From: Eledone cirrhosa
Taxonomy: Eukaryota
Assembly: GCA_964016885.1 (NCBI GenBank)
Contig: OZ024750.1
Coordinates: 36,208,001 to 36,272,000 of the forward strand
Length of the DNA stretch: 64,000 nt
Direction of reading: 5' to 3'
Shown here: piece by piece, positions 24,788 to 37,599 of the stretch
Numbering within the stretch: position 1 is the first letter of the stretch
Layout of the letters: every line of letters starts with the position of its first letter
The notes under the pieces: model-generated
What the model was told of the DNA's origin: nothing
Database searches by the model: none
The model's input: only the letters and a program-made list of their open reading frames with translations
Position numbers and translations under genes: made by a program

Positions 24788-25292
24788 ATATATATATTAA
24801 TATTTGTTTATGTTATACAAGTAATTTTTATATTATTTTTGGTTCACTTGTATGTATAATGACTTAAAGAGTAGGGGATGTGATGCATGTATAACTTATA
24901 TATGCTTTTTAGATTTTATATAAAAAATAACTAAGTGGAAAGATTAAAATATTACAGATTAATTAATTATGAATAGAAAGGGCAGCCCTGTTATATATGC
25001 TGATATTGTTTTTTAATATTATCTTTATAATAATCTTGCTAAATGTCTCTATTTTGAACATTTGATCTTTTGAGCTTGTGACAGGAATGCTGGACAGATT
25101 TGAACATCAAACATATTGGTTCAGGGCTTGATTTCTATAACTCATTAATGTCGTCAGAAAAATCACTTTGAAAAATACAGTTGATATATTTCCTTTGTTT
25201 GCTATTTTTAAATAGCAACAGTTTTTATTTCTTCTAGTTTTGCTCAAACAAAATGTGAAAGAGAAAGAGAGTATCCAAAAAAATTATTAATG

Positions 25293-26105
25293 TTATGATG
25301 CTTGTATACCAACAGCAATGTTACATGGTAGTGAGACCTGGGCGTTGTGTACAGAAGACTTGCATAGATTAGAAAGAAACAAAGCTTGGATGCTCGGATG
25401 GATGTGTAATAGTAATGTACATGAATGGCAAAGCATAATCGAATTGAGAGAGAGACTAAGCATAAGAGGTTTCAAATGTTGTGTGCAGGAGAGGAGATTG
25501 CGTTGGTATAGACATGTGATGCATATGAAGGACAACAACTGTATAAACGAGTGCAGGGCGATCAAAACTGATGGAAGCTATGGAGTGGGTAGACCCAGCA
25601 AAACCTAGGACGAGGTGATAAAAACTGACTTTGCTTCTTACATCGCTTTAAGATAATGTCACTGGATCGAGATTTTTGGCGCTACGCAGATATACAGAAG
25701 GCCCGCCTTCGCTTACGTACGAACTTAAACTTACAGTCAGTAGGCACCTCTTAACCCAATATACACCAAATGCAGGTTTAATACATCAATTTTCGAATTC
25801 TTAGATTGATGCACACACCCTACTCCATCCTCCGACTCCTACCAACACCACCCTTTCTCTGTAAAGTTATGTTGGTACCACAGAACCTCCAACCCACACT
25901 GTAAAGTGGTCATGTAGGAGGCAGGAAAAAGGCTCTCGGTCCACACTGTAAACGTGGTTGGTGTTAGGAAGGGCATCCAGCCGTAGAAAACCTGCCAAAA
26001 ACAGTAGTATATGAGCAAGACACGATCACCCGACCAATCTTGCCTCATGTGGGACAAACCTGTCCAACCCATGCTAGCGTGGAAGATGGACGTTAAGTGA
26101 CAATG
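25293..26105 (+). mobile_element. 5'-truncated RTE LINE
   Basis: MLHGSETWALC...ERRLRWY...GRPSKT plus 3' UTR. Confidence 0.9.
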
Positions 26106-26151
26106 ACAATCTGCTGCTGCTGCACACATTTTGGTGCCATGTAAAAATTGT

Positions 26152-26848
26152 CCAGTTCACACTGTAAAGTGGCCATGTTGGTACCACAACAAGAAGTGCC
26201 CAGTCCACACTGTAAAGTGGCCATGTTGGTACCACAACAAGAAGTGCCCAGTCCACACTGTAAAGTGGCCATGTTGGTGCCACAACAAGAAGTGCCCAGT
26301 CCACACTGTAAAGTGGCCATGTTGGTACCACAACAAGAAGTGCCCAGTCCACACTGTAAAGTGGCCATGTTGATACCACAACAAGAAGTGCCCAGTCCAC
26401 ACTGTAAAGTGGCCATGTTGGTACCACAACAAGAAGTGCCCAGTCCACACTGTAAAGTGGCCATGTTGGTACCACAACAAGAAGTGCCCAGTTCACACTG
26501 TAAAGTGGCCATGTTGGTGCCACAACAAGAAGTGCCCAGTCCACACTGTAAAGTGGCCATGTTGATACCACAACAAGAAGTGCCCAGTCTACACTGTAAA
26601 GTGGCCATGTTGATACCACAACAAGAAGTGCCCAGTCCACACTGTAAAGTGGCCATGTTGGTACCACAACAAGAAGTGCCCAGTCCACACTGTAAAGTGG
26701 CCATGTTGGTGCCACAACAAGAGGTGCCCAGTCCACACTGTAAAGTGGCCATGTTGGTACCACAACAAGAGGTGCCCAGTCCACACTGTAAAGTGGCCAT
26801 GTTGGTACCACAACAAGAAGTGCCCAGTCTACATTGTAAAGTGGCCAT
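26152..26848. repeat. 48-bp minisatellite (~14.5 copies) derived from an RTE 3' UTR motif
   Basis: Unit cagtccacactgtaaagtggccatgttggtaccacaacaagaagtgcc. Confidence 0.95.
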
Positions 26849-27164
26849 TCAACACTGAACCAGAACAGGTGAACGACATCAACCTGAGACAGCAACTGCC
26901 TCATAGTCATATGGCTCAAGTTGTTGACCTCACAGTCAGCTCTGGAAATTGCCTGATTAAGACTAGAGATCAAAGATCAAACAACAACAACACGGAAAAA
27001 AAAAGAAAAGAATCTTTAAATTATTTCCTTTCAATGATATAAGAGAAGGTTTATATAGTTATATGCATTGAATGACTTAGAAATCTTTATTGCTCTCATA
27101 TTATTCTATAGCTGCGCACTGGGTGAAGCGTAGCTAATGGGGTGGGGTGAGGGCTATCATTTAC

Positions 27165-27568
27165 AATAATGGTTTCTAATTTAGACACACAAGATCAATA
27201 ATATGTTGGGAAGGTAAAGTCAATTAAATCGACCCCAGTGCATTACTGGTACTTTACTTTATCGACCCCCTAAAGATGAAAGGCAAAGCTAACCTCGACA
27301 AGATTTGAACTCAAAATGTAAAGGACTGTAACTATGGTCCACAAAGCATGGTGTCTGACGCTCTACCGATTCTGCCATTCCACTGCTATCATTTACCATA
27401 ATATCAACTGGTCAACTTAATTTATACAATGCACATATGTTTGGCAATGTAATTCAATAAATAATTGTTTCTACTATTGGCACAAGGCCAGCAAATACCC
27501 AGTACATTACTGGTACTTTATTTTATCGACCCCGTAAGGATGAAAGGCAAAGTTAATGTCGCCGGGAT
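27165..27568 (-). mobile_element. Two SINE family A copies
   Basis: cattactggtacttta...atcgacccc..aggatgaaaggcaaag. Confidence 0.75.
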
Positions 27569-27569
27569 A

Positions 27570-27792
27570 CCCTTTAGCATTCACATTATTCTCTATATAC
27601 TATTATATTTTCATGGTAAATGCTTTACCTCACATAATTATCTCACATAATATCGAATCTATGAGATTTTGAAAGTGTTATTTTGAGAACAATACCTTAA
27701 CATCAGTTTGAGTGACCAGTTACAGCCAGTTTCAACAGAAAGAGGTAGAGAATTCTGGCCGGTTTTGGCCGGTTTGAACATTAAAGGGTTAA
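27570..27792. mobile_element. piggyBac-like MITE
   Basis: ccctttagcatt...cattaaaggg|ttaa. Confidence 0.75.
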
Positions 27793-28219
27793 CCTAGAAT
27801 ACAACCATTATGTATTTGAGGTTTAAGGTAACCTTAAGGTAAAATATAGCTTCCATTTTTTAATTAGAATCCTTCGCTGTAATAAAGAATGAACTGAAAA
27901 ATGTAAACATTTTCATGTATTGTTGTACACACTGAAAAAAGTTAAGGAATTATTTTTTATGGACATTTCACTGATTGTTGTCAACTCATCAGGAGGTAAC
28001 TGAAATGTTGGCATAAGAATAATTTCCTGTGTTTATCTGTGTATAGAGGAATATTGAAGTGTTTACACTTTATATGTGTGTGTATGTATATGTACACACT
28101 CACTCACATACATATATATGCATACACAGAAACACATATAACCACATACATATGTGTGTGTGTATACATATTTGCCTATATATGTATATGTGTATATGTG
28201 TGCATATATATATATATAA

Positions 28220-28255
<36 letters not shown>

Positions 28256-28277
28256 AATATATATATATATATATTAA

Positions 28278-28328
28278 AGATTCTACAGGACTAGAACTGT
28301 TTCATTCTTTAGAAATCATCAGGAATCT
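28278..28328 (-). ncRNA. Type I hammerhead ribozyme, family H1, complete
   Basis: Reverse complement: agattc-CTGATGA-t-ttc-taaa-gaa-t-GAAA-cag-ttctagtc-ctg-TA-gaatct; GUA cleavage triplet. Confidence 0.8.
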
Positions 28329-28434
28329 GGCTTTCCATATATATTAAAACTTTCATACTCTGCTCTGTATTGAGTACCTTACTTACTGTGGTTACCTCCG
28401 ATTCAACCCGGAATAACTTATATATATATATATA

Positions 28435-28775
28435 GGAGGCACATGGCTTAGTGGTTAGAGCATTGGCCTTGCAATCGAAAGGTTGTGAGTTCAATTCTCA
28501 GACCTGGTGATGTGTTGTGTACTTGAGCAAGACACTTTATTTCACATTGCTCCAGTTTACTCAGCTGTAGAAATGAGATGATAGGGACTGGGGTCCCTAT
28601 CATTCCACTGCAAAATGGTCGTGGAGGTGCCACAGCAAAAAAAGCACCCAGCACTCACTGTAAATGAGGTTGGTGTTAGGAAGGGCATCCAGCTGTAGAA
28701 ATCAAGCCAGAATCAGTTCCCGTCCCACCCTTGCAAGCAGGGAAAAAGCGGACGTAAAATGAAATGATGATGATA
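28435..28775 (+). mobile_element. SINE family B, full length
   Basis: Near-identical to 12733-13068. Confidence 0.85.
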
Positions 28776-29211
28776 TACAATATTCTCATATCACACAGTT
28801 TGCCAACAGAAATTTCCCATAAATGGAAACTGCTATTTTTCCCTAGATTTATCTATAATTATGTTAGGCTTATGTTCTCTATTGAATTATTTTCACTTCT
28901 ATGAATAACAAAAACAGATAGAAATTGATAGGGTAGAGGATGAAAATGTCAGGGAAAATGTTCACTTTGGAATCAAATACATATCACACAAATTAGAAAT
29001 ATCATCTCGTTTTTCATTACAACATAGTTCCCAATTCATCATATTTCTTTAGTTCATTTGAAATATGGGCATTTTTATTACTAAACATTGCCACTAACTT
29101 ACTGAACTAGCTTGAAATCTCCACCAACCAGTGAATATATATCTGAATATATATCAGTTTTAGCTTGTTTTATTATCATCACCACTACCACCATCAAACT
29201 ACACTGCTTTG

Positions 29212-29266
29212 CTCTCTCTCTCTCTCTCACTCTCTCTCTGTCTCTCTCTCTCTCTCACTCTCTCTC

Positions 29267-29310
<44 letters not shown>

Positions 29311-29335
29311 TCTCCCTCTCTCTCTCTCTCTCTCC

Positions 29336-29367
<32 letters not shown>

Positions 29368-29420
29368 CTGTCTGTCTGTCTCTGTGTCTGTCTCTCTCTC
29401 TCTCTGTCTGTCTGTCTCTG

Positions 29421-29499
<79 letters not shown>

Positions 29500-29550
29500 A
29501 TCTCTCTCTCTGTGTCTGTCTGTCTCTGTGTCTGTCTCTCTCTCTCTCTT

Positions 29551-29628
<78 letters not shown>

Positions 29629-29646
29629 TCTCTCTGTCTCTCTCTC
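29212..29646. repeat. (CT)n/(CTGT)n microsatellite
   Basis: Direct observation. Confidence 0.95.
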
Positions 29647-30109
29647 CAGGTATCTTTCCTCATATTGACCTCCCCCCTCTCTTACTTCCTGTCTTCTCTT
29701 TTCTTTCATTCATGATATTTCTCTTTCATTTATTTATATCAATCTCCACCTACATTTTTCTCTCTCTCTCCCTCTTTTCTTTCTTTCTCTCTCTCCCTCT
29801 CGTCTTCTCCCCCCTCTCTCTCCCTCTCGTCTTCTCCCCCCTCTCTTTTTTCTCTCCATACTTTTCACTTCCCCACTCTTATCACTCCATCTAGTTAGTG
29901 TCTTCTGTCTAATTATATTTCATATAATTCTTATTCTCTCTCTTCTCCCTCACCCCCTCATATTTCTTCTCTTTCTCTCCATTCTCATTTTCTGTCTTTC
30001 ACCACCCCCTACTTTTCCTCTTCATATATCTGATAGTTTCTCCATCTACCCCCCCCCCCATCTCTTCTATTTTAGCTTACTTAGCTCTCTATATATCATA
30101 TACTTTTAT

Positions 30110-30432
30110 ATCATCATCACCGTTTTACGTCCGATCTTCTACGCTACCATGGGTTAAACGGGTTGTCCTGTTGTGGGCAGTGTCCAGTCGGCTGACCTTG
30201 TCTTGCTCATACGGGAACTGATTCTGGCTTGATTTCTATAGCTGGATGCCCTTCCTAACACCAACCTCATTTACAGTGAGTGCTGGGTGCCTTTTTGCCG
30301 TGGCACCTCCACGACCTCTTTACAGTGGAATGATATGGACACCAGTCCTATCATCTCTTTTCTACAGCTGAGTAAACTGGAGCAATGTGAAATAAAGTGT
30401 CTTGCTCAAGGAAACAACACATCACCCGGTCA
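30110..30432 (-). mobile_element. SINE family B, 5'-truncated, long-tail variant
   Basis: Reverse-complement match to 13570-13848 and 12800-13000. Confidence 0.8.
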
Positions 30433-30549
30433 CACATCACTATATACCAATATATATATTCCACTATATACTTACATACCTCACTATATAATAATATAAA
30501 ACACTGTAAATTTTTATATACCTCACTAAACACCAATATATATTTTACT

Positions 30550-30912
30550 ATAATATAAGAGCAAAAGATAGTTCAAAGAGTTCCATGTATTTTATTATGC
30601 GCATTTCAAAAACAAATATTATCATGAGATGACATTTGCGTTTTCGTCAGATAAAATGAGACATGATATGAAGGTTAAAAAACACTTGTGAATAGTGCAG
30701 TTTTAAATCAACATATATTGATTTAAACACATGTTTTTTAACAAGTGTTTTTTAACACAAGTGTTTTTTAACACAAGTGTTTTTTAACCTTCATATCATG
30801 TCTCCCTATTTTATCTGATGAAAACGCAAATGTCATCTCATGATATTTGTTTTTGAAATGCGCATAATAAAATACATGGAACTCTTTTAACCATCTTTTG
30901 ATCTTAGATTAT
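30550..30912. repeat. Inverted repeat (~140-bp arms, ~80-bp spacer)
   Basis: gagttccatgtat...gcgcatttcaaaaacaaata...cacttgtg / cacaagtg...tatttgtttttgaaatgcgc...atacatggaactc. Confidence 0.9.
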
Positions 30913-31194
30913 TTATACTCCAGTCCTACAAACTGTAGCGTGCTACTTATCCGATATCTGCATTGCTTTATTGTACTACAATAAAACTCACCTCCTACAT
31001 ATATTTTACTATATATATACCTCACTAAACACCAATATATATTCTACTATATACTTTTGTATATTCCACTATATCTCAATATATATCACTAAATATTTTT
31101 ATAAATCACTATTTATGTGTTCCCGTCTAACCCGTGCTTGCGTGGAAAATGGACATTAACAAAAACAATGATAATGCTGGTCACTCTATATACT

Positions 31195-31919
31195 TTGCTA
31201 TATCTAACTATATACCAATATATATCACTATATACTTATATATACCAATATATATTCCACTATATACTTATATATACCAATATATATTCTACTATATACT
31301 TATATATACCAATATATATTCTACTATATACTTATATATACCAATATATATGCCACTATATACTTATATATACCAATATATATTCCACTATATACTTATA
31401 TATACCAATATATATTCCACTATATACTTATATATACCAATATATATTCCACTATATACTTATATATACCAATATATATTCCACTATATACTTATATATA
31501 TATTCTACTATATGCTTATATATACCAATATATATTTCACTATATACTTATATATATATTCTACTATATACTTATATATACCAAGGGCGGTGAATTGGCA
31601 GTATCATTAGAGGGTCGGACGCCATGCTTTCCAACATAGTTACGTCTCTTTATGATCTGAGTTCAAATCCCGCTGAGGTTGACTTTGCCTTTCATCCTTA
31701 CGGGGTCGATAAAATAAAGTACCAGTAATGCACTGGTTAATTGCTGGCCTTCTGCCTAAAGTAGAGACAACTATATACTTATATACACCAATATATATTC
31801 CACTATATACTTATATATACCAATACATATTCCACTATATACTTATATATACCAATATATATACCAATATATATTCTACTATATATATTTATATATACCA
31901 ATATATATTCCACTATATA

Positions 31920-31925
<6 letters not shown>
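31195..31925. repeat. 32-bp AT-rich minisatellite interrupted by a SINE A (31585-31772)
   Basis: Unit tataccaatatatattccactatatacttata. Confidence 0.9.
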
Positions 31926-31954
<29 letters not shown>

Positions 31955-31958
<4 letters not shown>

Positions 31959-32002
31959 CATTTGATGGATGACAGCATCGAAACGGCTTGAGCTCTGCCG
32001 TC
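31955..32002 (+). ncRNA. Hammerhead 3' half (CUGANGA lost to (TA)n)
   Basis: gatgc-...-gcatc-GAAA-cggc-ttgagctct-gccg-TC; GUC triplet; palindromic gagctc loop. Confidence 0.55.
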
Positions 32003-32814
32003 GGGGTCATACATTTTCCTATATATATATGTATATATATATATATATATAGGAAAATATATATATATATATATCACTCTATATTTTTATATACTTCACT
32101 ATATATACTTTCCCATATTTCATTTTACATCAATTTGTATTCTTGTCTATTTTGATGTATTGTATCAAACATTTACTCTTTTCATTTTTATATTTTTATG
32201 TCATTTCTTTCCCTATTTCCTCGTTTCTACCAAATTTCTTTCTTATACAACGATGAAGATTATTACCTTCCACTTCTTAATCTCATTTTCACTCCCGAAT
32301 ATCTTCTTCCCCTGCTTCTGCATTATGGAGCCAACAAGAAGCAAGCTTCTATGCAGTTGCCCACCTTGCTAGAAATGACAGCCAAATTACGCACACATTC
32401 AGGCCATCAGAAAAGAAAGTATATATTAGGCAATGTAGGAGAACTCTGTATAAAAAAAAATATAATGCCTATAGCTGGAATGTCTTTGATTCTAGAGATG
32501 CTTAATCTCAAATGACCTGAGGCTAAGCAATATTAGATATCTTATAACTCAAACATTTTTTGCTGTCTTTTATCTTATTATTTCTCTTTTGTTTAATATA
32601 TTTAATATATGTTTGCTATTTCCTTAAACTATATTATTTCCCCTTTTTCCTATCATTCCTAACTACTAAACTATCATCTAAATACACTAAAAAAAAAATG
32701 ATTATGTACATATGCCCCCCCCCCCTCTGCCCCCTCTCTTTCATTCTTCCAATATTTTCATGCAGTTTATTTTTTCTTTTCATTTCTCTCTTCTCTTCAT
32801 CTAACATAAATGCA

Positions 32815-33002
32815 TATCATCATCATCATCATACATCTGTTGTTCCATGCTTGCATGGGTTCAACAAGTCCTTCTCAGAACAGCATCTCTTCTTCATTTG
32901 TTGCATTCTTTTGTCATCTCTCCTCCGTGAATTTAGCAATCTGAGATCAGCTCTCACCACTTCCATCCTTGGTCTTCCTCTACTACTGCTTCCCTCCACT
33001 GA
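32815..33002 (-). mobile_element. Degenerate RTE 3' end
   Basis: SVEGSSSRGRPR.EVVRADLR; (GAT)n tail. Confidence 0.7.
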
Positions 33003-33009
33003 TATTACT

Positions 33010-33735
33010 TGGTGGATTGGCAGTATCGGTAGAGGGTCGGATGCCATGCTTTCCAGCATAGTTACGTCCCTTTACGATCCAAGTTCAAATCCCGCCGAGG
33101 TTGACTTTGCCTTTCATCCTTACGGGGTCGATAAAATAAAGTACCAGTAATGCACTGGGTAATTGCTGGCCTTGTGCCTAACGTAGAAACAATTACTTGG
33201 TACTTCTTTGCCCAAATAGAATAAAGTACATGTGCATAAGTACACAGACAAACAGACACTCACACACACATACTATCTATCTACATACCTACTTATCTAA
33301 ATGTATCTCCATCTACCTACTTACCTACCTAAATATCTCCCTCCCTAACTTCATGTTTTCTACCTATCTGTCAATTTACCTACCCATCTATCTATCTGTC
33401 AGTCTGACTGTTTATCTATAGCTATCTATTTATGTATATTTACCAATGCATCTATCTTCGGACAAGAACAACAATAACAAAAATGGCAATGCACAAATCC
33501 TAACAGCAGTTGGAAGAAAGACAAGTATATAGGTTGATCATCATAATTTAATTGTTTCTACTCTACTTTAGGCACAAGGCCAGCAAGTACCCAGTGCATT
33601 ACTGGTACTTTATTTTATCGACCCCATAAGGATGAAAGGCAAAGTCAACCTCGGCGGGATTTGAACTCAGATCGTAAAGGGACGTAACTATGCTGGAAAG
33701 CATGGCGTCCGACCCTCTACCGATACTGCCAATCC
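33010..33735. mobile_element. Two near-identical SINE A copies in inverted orientation (33010-33196 +, 33549-33735 -)
   Basis: The second copy is flanked by the direct repeat atcatcataatttaat (TSD). Confidence 0.85.
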
Positions 33736-34394
33736 AATCATCATAATTTAATGGATATTTGTTTGATAATGATTAAAGAAAATATGGACTACACTATTGT
33801 AATTGATTTAAATGAACATAAAATGAAATAGGGTGATAACAGGAGAAGGGAAAGGTCAAGAAAAGTCAAGGATTCAAACATCTCTACATAGAATGTTATA
33901 ATCAATGAATTAATGCAGGTTTTATATTTTTATTTGATATCTTTTTTAAGAAGAAGAATAAAACCTTACTCAAGATGTGTAAAAGATAGAATGCCCATAT
34001 ATAATTTCTAAGTGGATTTTATGTTCTTTCTTTCCATGTAATTCATTTTTATTAATTTTCCAATCTTTGATGTTAAGATGTCAAAAGAGGTCTTTCACCC
34101 AATTTATTTCTATAAGCACAAATGGTTAAAAACATCAATGAAGTTTGGAAACAAGGATATGTGTAACATTGGTTTCCAACATTTCTAAATAACATATAAT
34201 GTAAAGTTTGTTATGAATCTGTTTATTAATTTAGGTACTTTTCCATACTAGAACTATTCCTCTTTGGAAATGGGATTAAAATTTCACACTGATACATCTT
34301 ACAGTACTTAAGAAATTATTTTTGATATTAAGTATTACATTTATATTGAAGAAATACAATTTAATGAGGTCTATGTGCTTTATATTATAGATAT

Positions 34395-35028
34395 AATAAT
34401 AGTTTCTACTTTTTGGCACAAGGCCAGCAATTACCCAGTGCATTACTGGTACTTTATTTTATCAACCCTCTAAGGATGAAAGGCAAAGCTAACCTCGGCG
34501 GGACTTGAACTCAAAATGGCAAGGGCCGTAACTCTATGCATCAAAGCATGGCGTCCGACCCTCTACCGATACTGCCAATCCACCATAATAATAATAATGG
34601 TTTCTTATATAAGCACAAGGCCAGCAATTTTGGGGGGAGGGAAAAAGTTGATGAAATTGACCCAGTGCGTGACTGGTACTTTATTTTATCGACCCCGTAA
34701 GAATGAAAGGCAAAGTTAACCTCGGCGGGATTTGAACTCGGATCATAAAGGGCCGTAACTCTATGCATCAAAGCATGACGTCCGACCCTCTACTGATACT
34801 GCCAATCCACCATAATAATAATAATTGTTTCTACTATTGGCACAAGGCCAGCAATTACCCAGTACATTACTGGTACTTTATTTTATCAACCCCGGAAGGA
34901 TGAAAGGCAAAGTTAACCTCGGCGGGATTTGAACTCAGACTGTAAAGGGGCGTAACACCATAATAATAATAATAATTGTTTCTACTTTTGGCACAAGGCC
35001 AGCAATTATCCCAGTGCATTACTGGTAC
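34395..35028 (-). mobile_element. Head-to-tail array of four SINE A copies separated by (AAT)n
   Basis: ggcacaaggccagcaatt recurs at ~34415, 34612, 34839 and 34990. Confidence 0.85.
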
Positions 35029-35049
35029 ATAATAATAATAATGATGATG

Positions 35050-35596
35050 ATAAAACAAAGCTCTATAAGTAGCTGTAGAATATGTGGAGCTAGGGAAGAA
35101 ACAATCAACCACATAGTCTCTGGATGCCCAGCTCTAGCCAAAAAAGAATATATCCACAGGCCTGATAGAGTTGGGAACTTCATACACTGGAAGTTATGCC
35201 AGCATTATGAAATATCAACAGAAATAAAGATGGTACAAACAACACCAGAAAAAGTGTCAGAGAATGACAAAGCAACCATTCTCTGGGATATGCCATTACA
35301 TACAGCCAGAGAGATCAAGGCCAACTGACCAGATATCATAGTCCAAGACCACAAAGGAAACAAATGTCTTCTAAAAGATGTATCAATCCCCACAGATAAC
35401 AATATATCTTCCAAGGAAATAGAGAAACTCTCCAAATATAAAGATCTAGAGATAGAAATAACTTGAATGTAGAAAATGAAAACAAAAACAATACTTATAA
35501 TAATAAGTGTTCTAGGAATGATAAAAAACACAGAGACAAATACATAGCAAAAACCTCAGGACTTACAAATATATACATCACCCAAAAGATAGCTGA
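35050..35596 (+). pseudogene. R4/Dong-like non-LTR C-terminal fragment (CCHC + restriction-like endonuclease)
   Basis: CRICGAREETINHIVSGC...IHWKLC...ILWD...N*PDIIV...DVSIP.D.N...KE.EKLSKY.DL. Confidence 0.8.
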
Positions 35597-35724
35597 ACAC
35601 GTCGTTCCCGTCGCGCAAAGCTTACAGAGACCGGATAAGCGAATTAGTTAAGTGTGCGTTGACAAGTGCGATCGTTAACAACAGGTGGTGGTTTACCCTG
35701 TAAGGTTTAGTAAAGGAGTAGTGA

Positions 35725-35990
35725 CAGTTTACTCAGCTGTAGAAGTGAGATGATAGGGACAGGGGTCCCTATCATTCCATAGCAAAGTGGTCGTGGAGGT
35801 GCCACGGCAAAAACCACCCAGCTCTCACTGTAAAGTGGTCGTGTAGGTGCCACGGCAAAAAGCACCCAGCTCTCACTGTAAATGAGGTTGGTGTTAGGAA
35901 GGGCATCCAGCTGTAGAAATCAAGCCAGAATCAGTTCCCGTCCCACCCTTGCAAGCAGGGAAAAGCGGACGTAAAATGATTATGATATGA
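35725..35990 (+). mobile_element. SINE family B, 5'-truncated, with internal duplication
   Basis: cagtttactcagctgtag...gttaggaagggcatccagc. Confidence 0.8.
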
Positions 35991-35996
35991 TATATA

Positions 35997-37550
35997 GTGA
36001 CAGAGGAAAATAGAGTTGAGGGAGAGCTCGTTAGAAAGCTAGTTGTGAGGGTGAACGGTCACCTGTCACAGCTGTTCAGCATCATGCGTTCGGTCTGCCA
36101 GGGTTGTCCCATCTCATCGCTCTTGTATGTATTGGCCCTTGAGCCGTCACTGCACCAATTGGAGGTGAGTAGAGGCATCCCACACAAACTGGGATGTGGG
36201 AGATCCGTGTCAGCTTATGCCGGCGACGTCACCATGGTGATGTCAAGCACCAGACATGTCCAGCTCGGCACTGCTCTTAAGGAATATGAAGCAGTGACAG
36301 GAACAAAGTTAAACCAGGAAAAGTCGGTGGGCTCGCAGTTCAGCACCTGGAGGCACAAGTCCATGCTGTCCGACAGTGTCATGGGGCGCTGGACGAAAAG
36401 ACCGGTTAAATTGCTTGATGTCTAGTTCAGTCCGGACGTCCTGATGGAGAAAAACTGGAGTGAGGTGAAAAGCAGGGTGGCCTCTCTCACCCAGAAATGA
36501 GCTGAGAGGAAGCTGTCCCTGAAAGGTCGGGCGGAGTTGGTGAATGCATTCATCACATCCATCATCTGCTACCACCTGACCGTTGTGCCTTGCCCCGGGC
36601 GAACTCTGACAAAAATGGAGCACCTCCGCTTTCACTTTTTATGGAAGAGACGTGCTCCCATGGTCAGTCAATCCATCTGCTGTCAGCACCCATTGCGTGG
36701 AGGACTGGGCATGCCATGGATGATGATGCGCAAACAGGTGCTGAGGCTGTGACATCTCTGATGCTTCCTTGACAGTGAACAGGTGTGGTTGCCGTTTGCC
36801 AGATGTATTTTTTCCCTAGCTCGTCTCATTAACTGAGCTGCAGTCCTGGATCAGAAAAAGACCAAGGGATAGCTCTTGGAAGCTGGAATGTCTCCAGGCA
36901 CTCACCGCCCTCTACCAGCTGGGCACTAGTATCGGTGGAATATCTGCCTCAGCATTCTATAGAGGACTAATGAAGGGGAAGAGTAACGACATTCTTGGGG
37001 AGACCCTGGGCGTCAAAGACGATCAGCTGTTCGCTCTCTTCAAGAGAACTTTCAGCCCGGGGCCTGCCTATGGACAACTTCCAGAAATCCCTGGCCTGGC
37101 AGTGCTATGGGGGAGTGTTGCCAGTTCGAGATAAGCTCTACAGGTACGGAAGTACCATCAGCCAAACCTGTCCAAGATGCGCACAGAGGGATGAAACCGT
37201 TGTGCAGGCACTCATTCAGTGTCCGAGCATTTCTGACTTGTGGAGCTCTGTCGAACATTTGCTCTCACATGTAGGACGGATCCGGTTATCGATTGAGTCC
37301 ATTGTGCAGATAGCCCCGCCGTCCTCCTTTATGTAGGAGGAAGGGCAGGCAGTCTTCATCTGCCTGGTGGCCATGGCCAAAGAGATTGTATGGTAGACAA
37401 GGTTAAAAGGATTGAAGACGGACACTTTCCTCTTCGGCGAATCCCTGATTAACTTTTTCAAATTTCACTTGAAGAGGAAAATCAGGATGGAGAGGCAAGT
37501 GCTGTCTTCTAGTAAGTTTGTTGAACGGTGGGTATAGACTGAGGAGTGGG
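35997..37550 (+). pseudogene. L1/Tx1-like RT + zinc-knuckle C-terminus, decayed
   Basis: VNGHLS..F...RSVCQGCPISSLLYVLALEP, AYAGDV, KLNQEKS, GGLGMP, LPVRDKL...CPRC...ET...ALIQC; multiple stops. Confidence 0.85.
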
Positions 37551-37599
37551 AGAACTGAGAGAGTAATGATATGCACACAGATACATGCATGCATGTATA

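Noticed and set aside
26855-26965. Possible minus-strand host exon
   Set aside because: The acceptor is plausible but the donor is weak and the peptide is unrecognisable; cannot be supported without RNA data.
26074-26973. Long ORFs in several frames with Cys/His-rich repeats
   Set aside because: Artefact of a 48-bp (multiple of 3) tandem repeat; no start context or unique domain.
27950-28000. Minus-strand CTGATGA...GAAA with a plausible stem II
   Set aside because: Stem I does not pair; at best a decayed hammerhead.
29112-29894. SL/ER-rich ORFs and the many YI/CV/TH-rich ORFs in the track
   Set aside because: Translations of dinucleotide microsatellites.
30810-30845. CTGATGA inside the inverted repeat arm
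   Set aside because: No correctly placed GAAA or stems.
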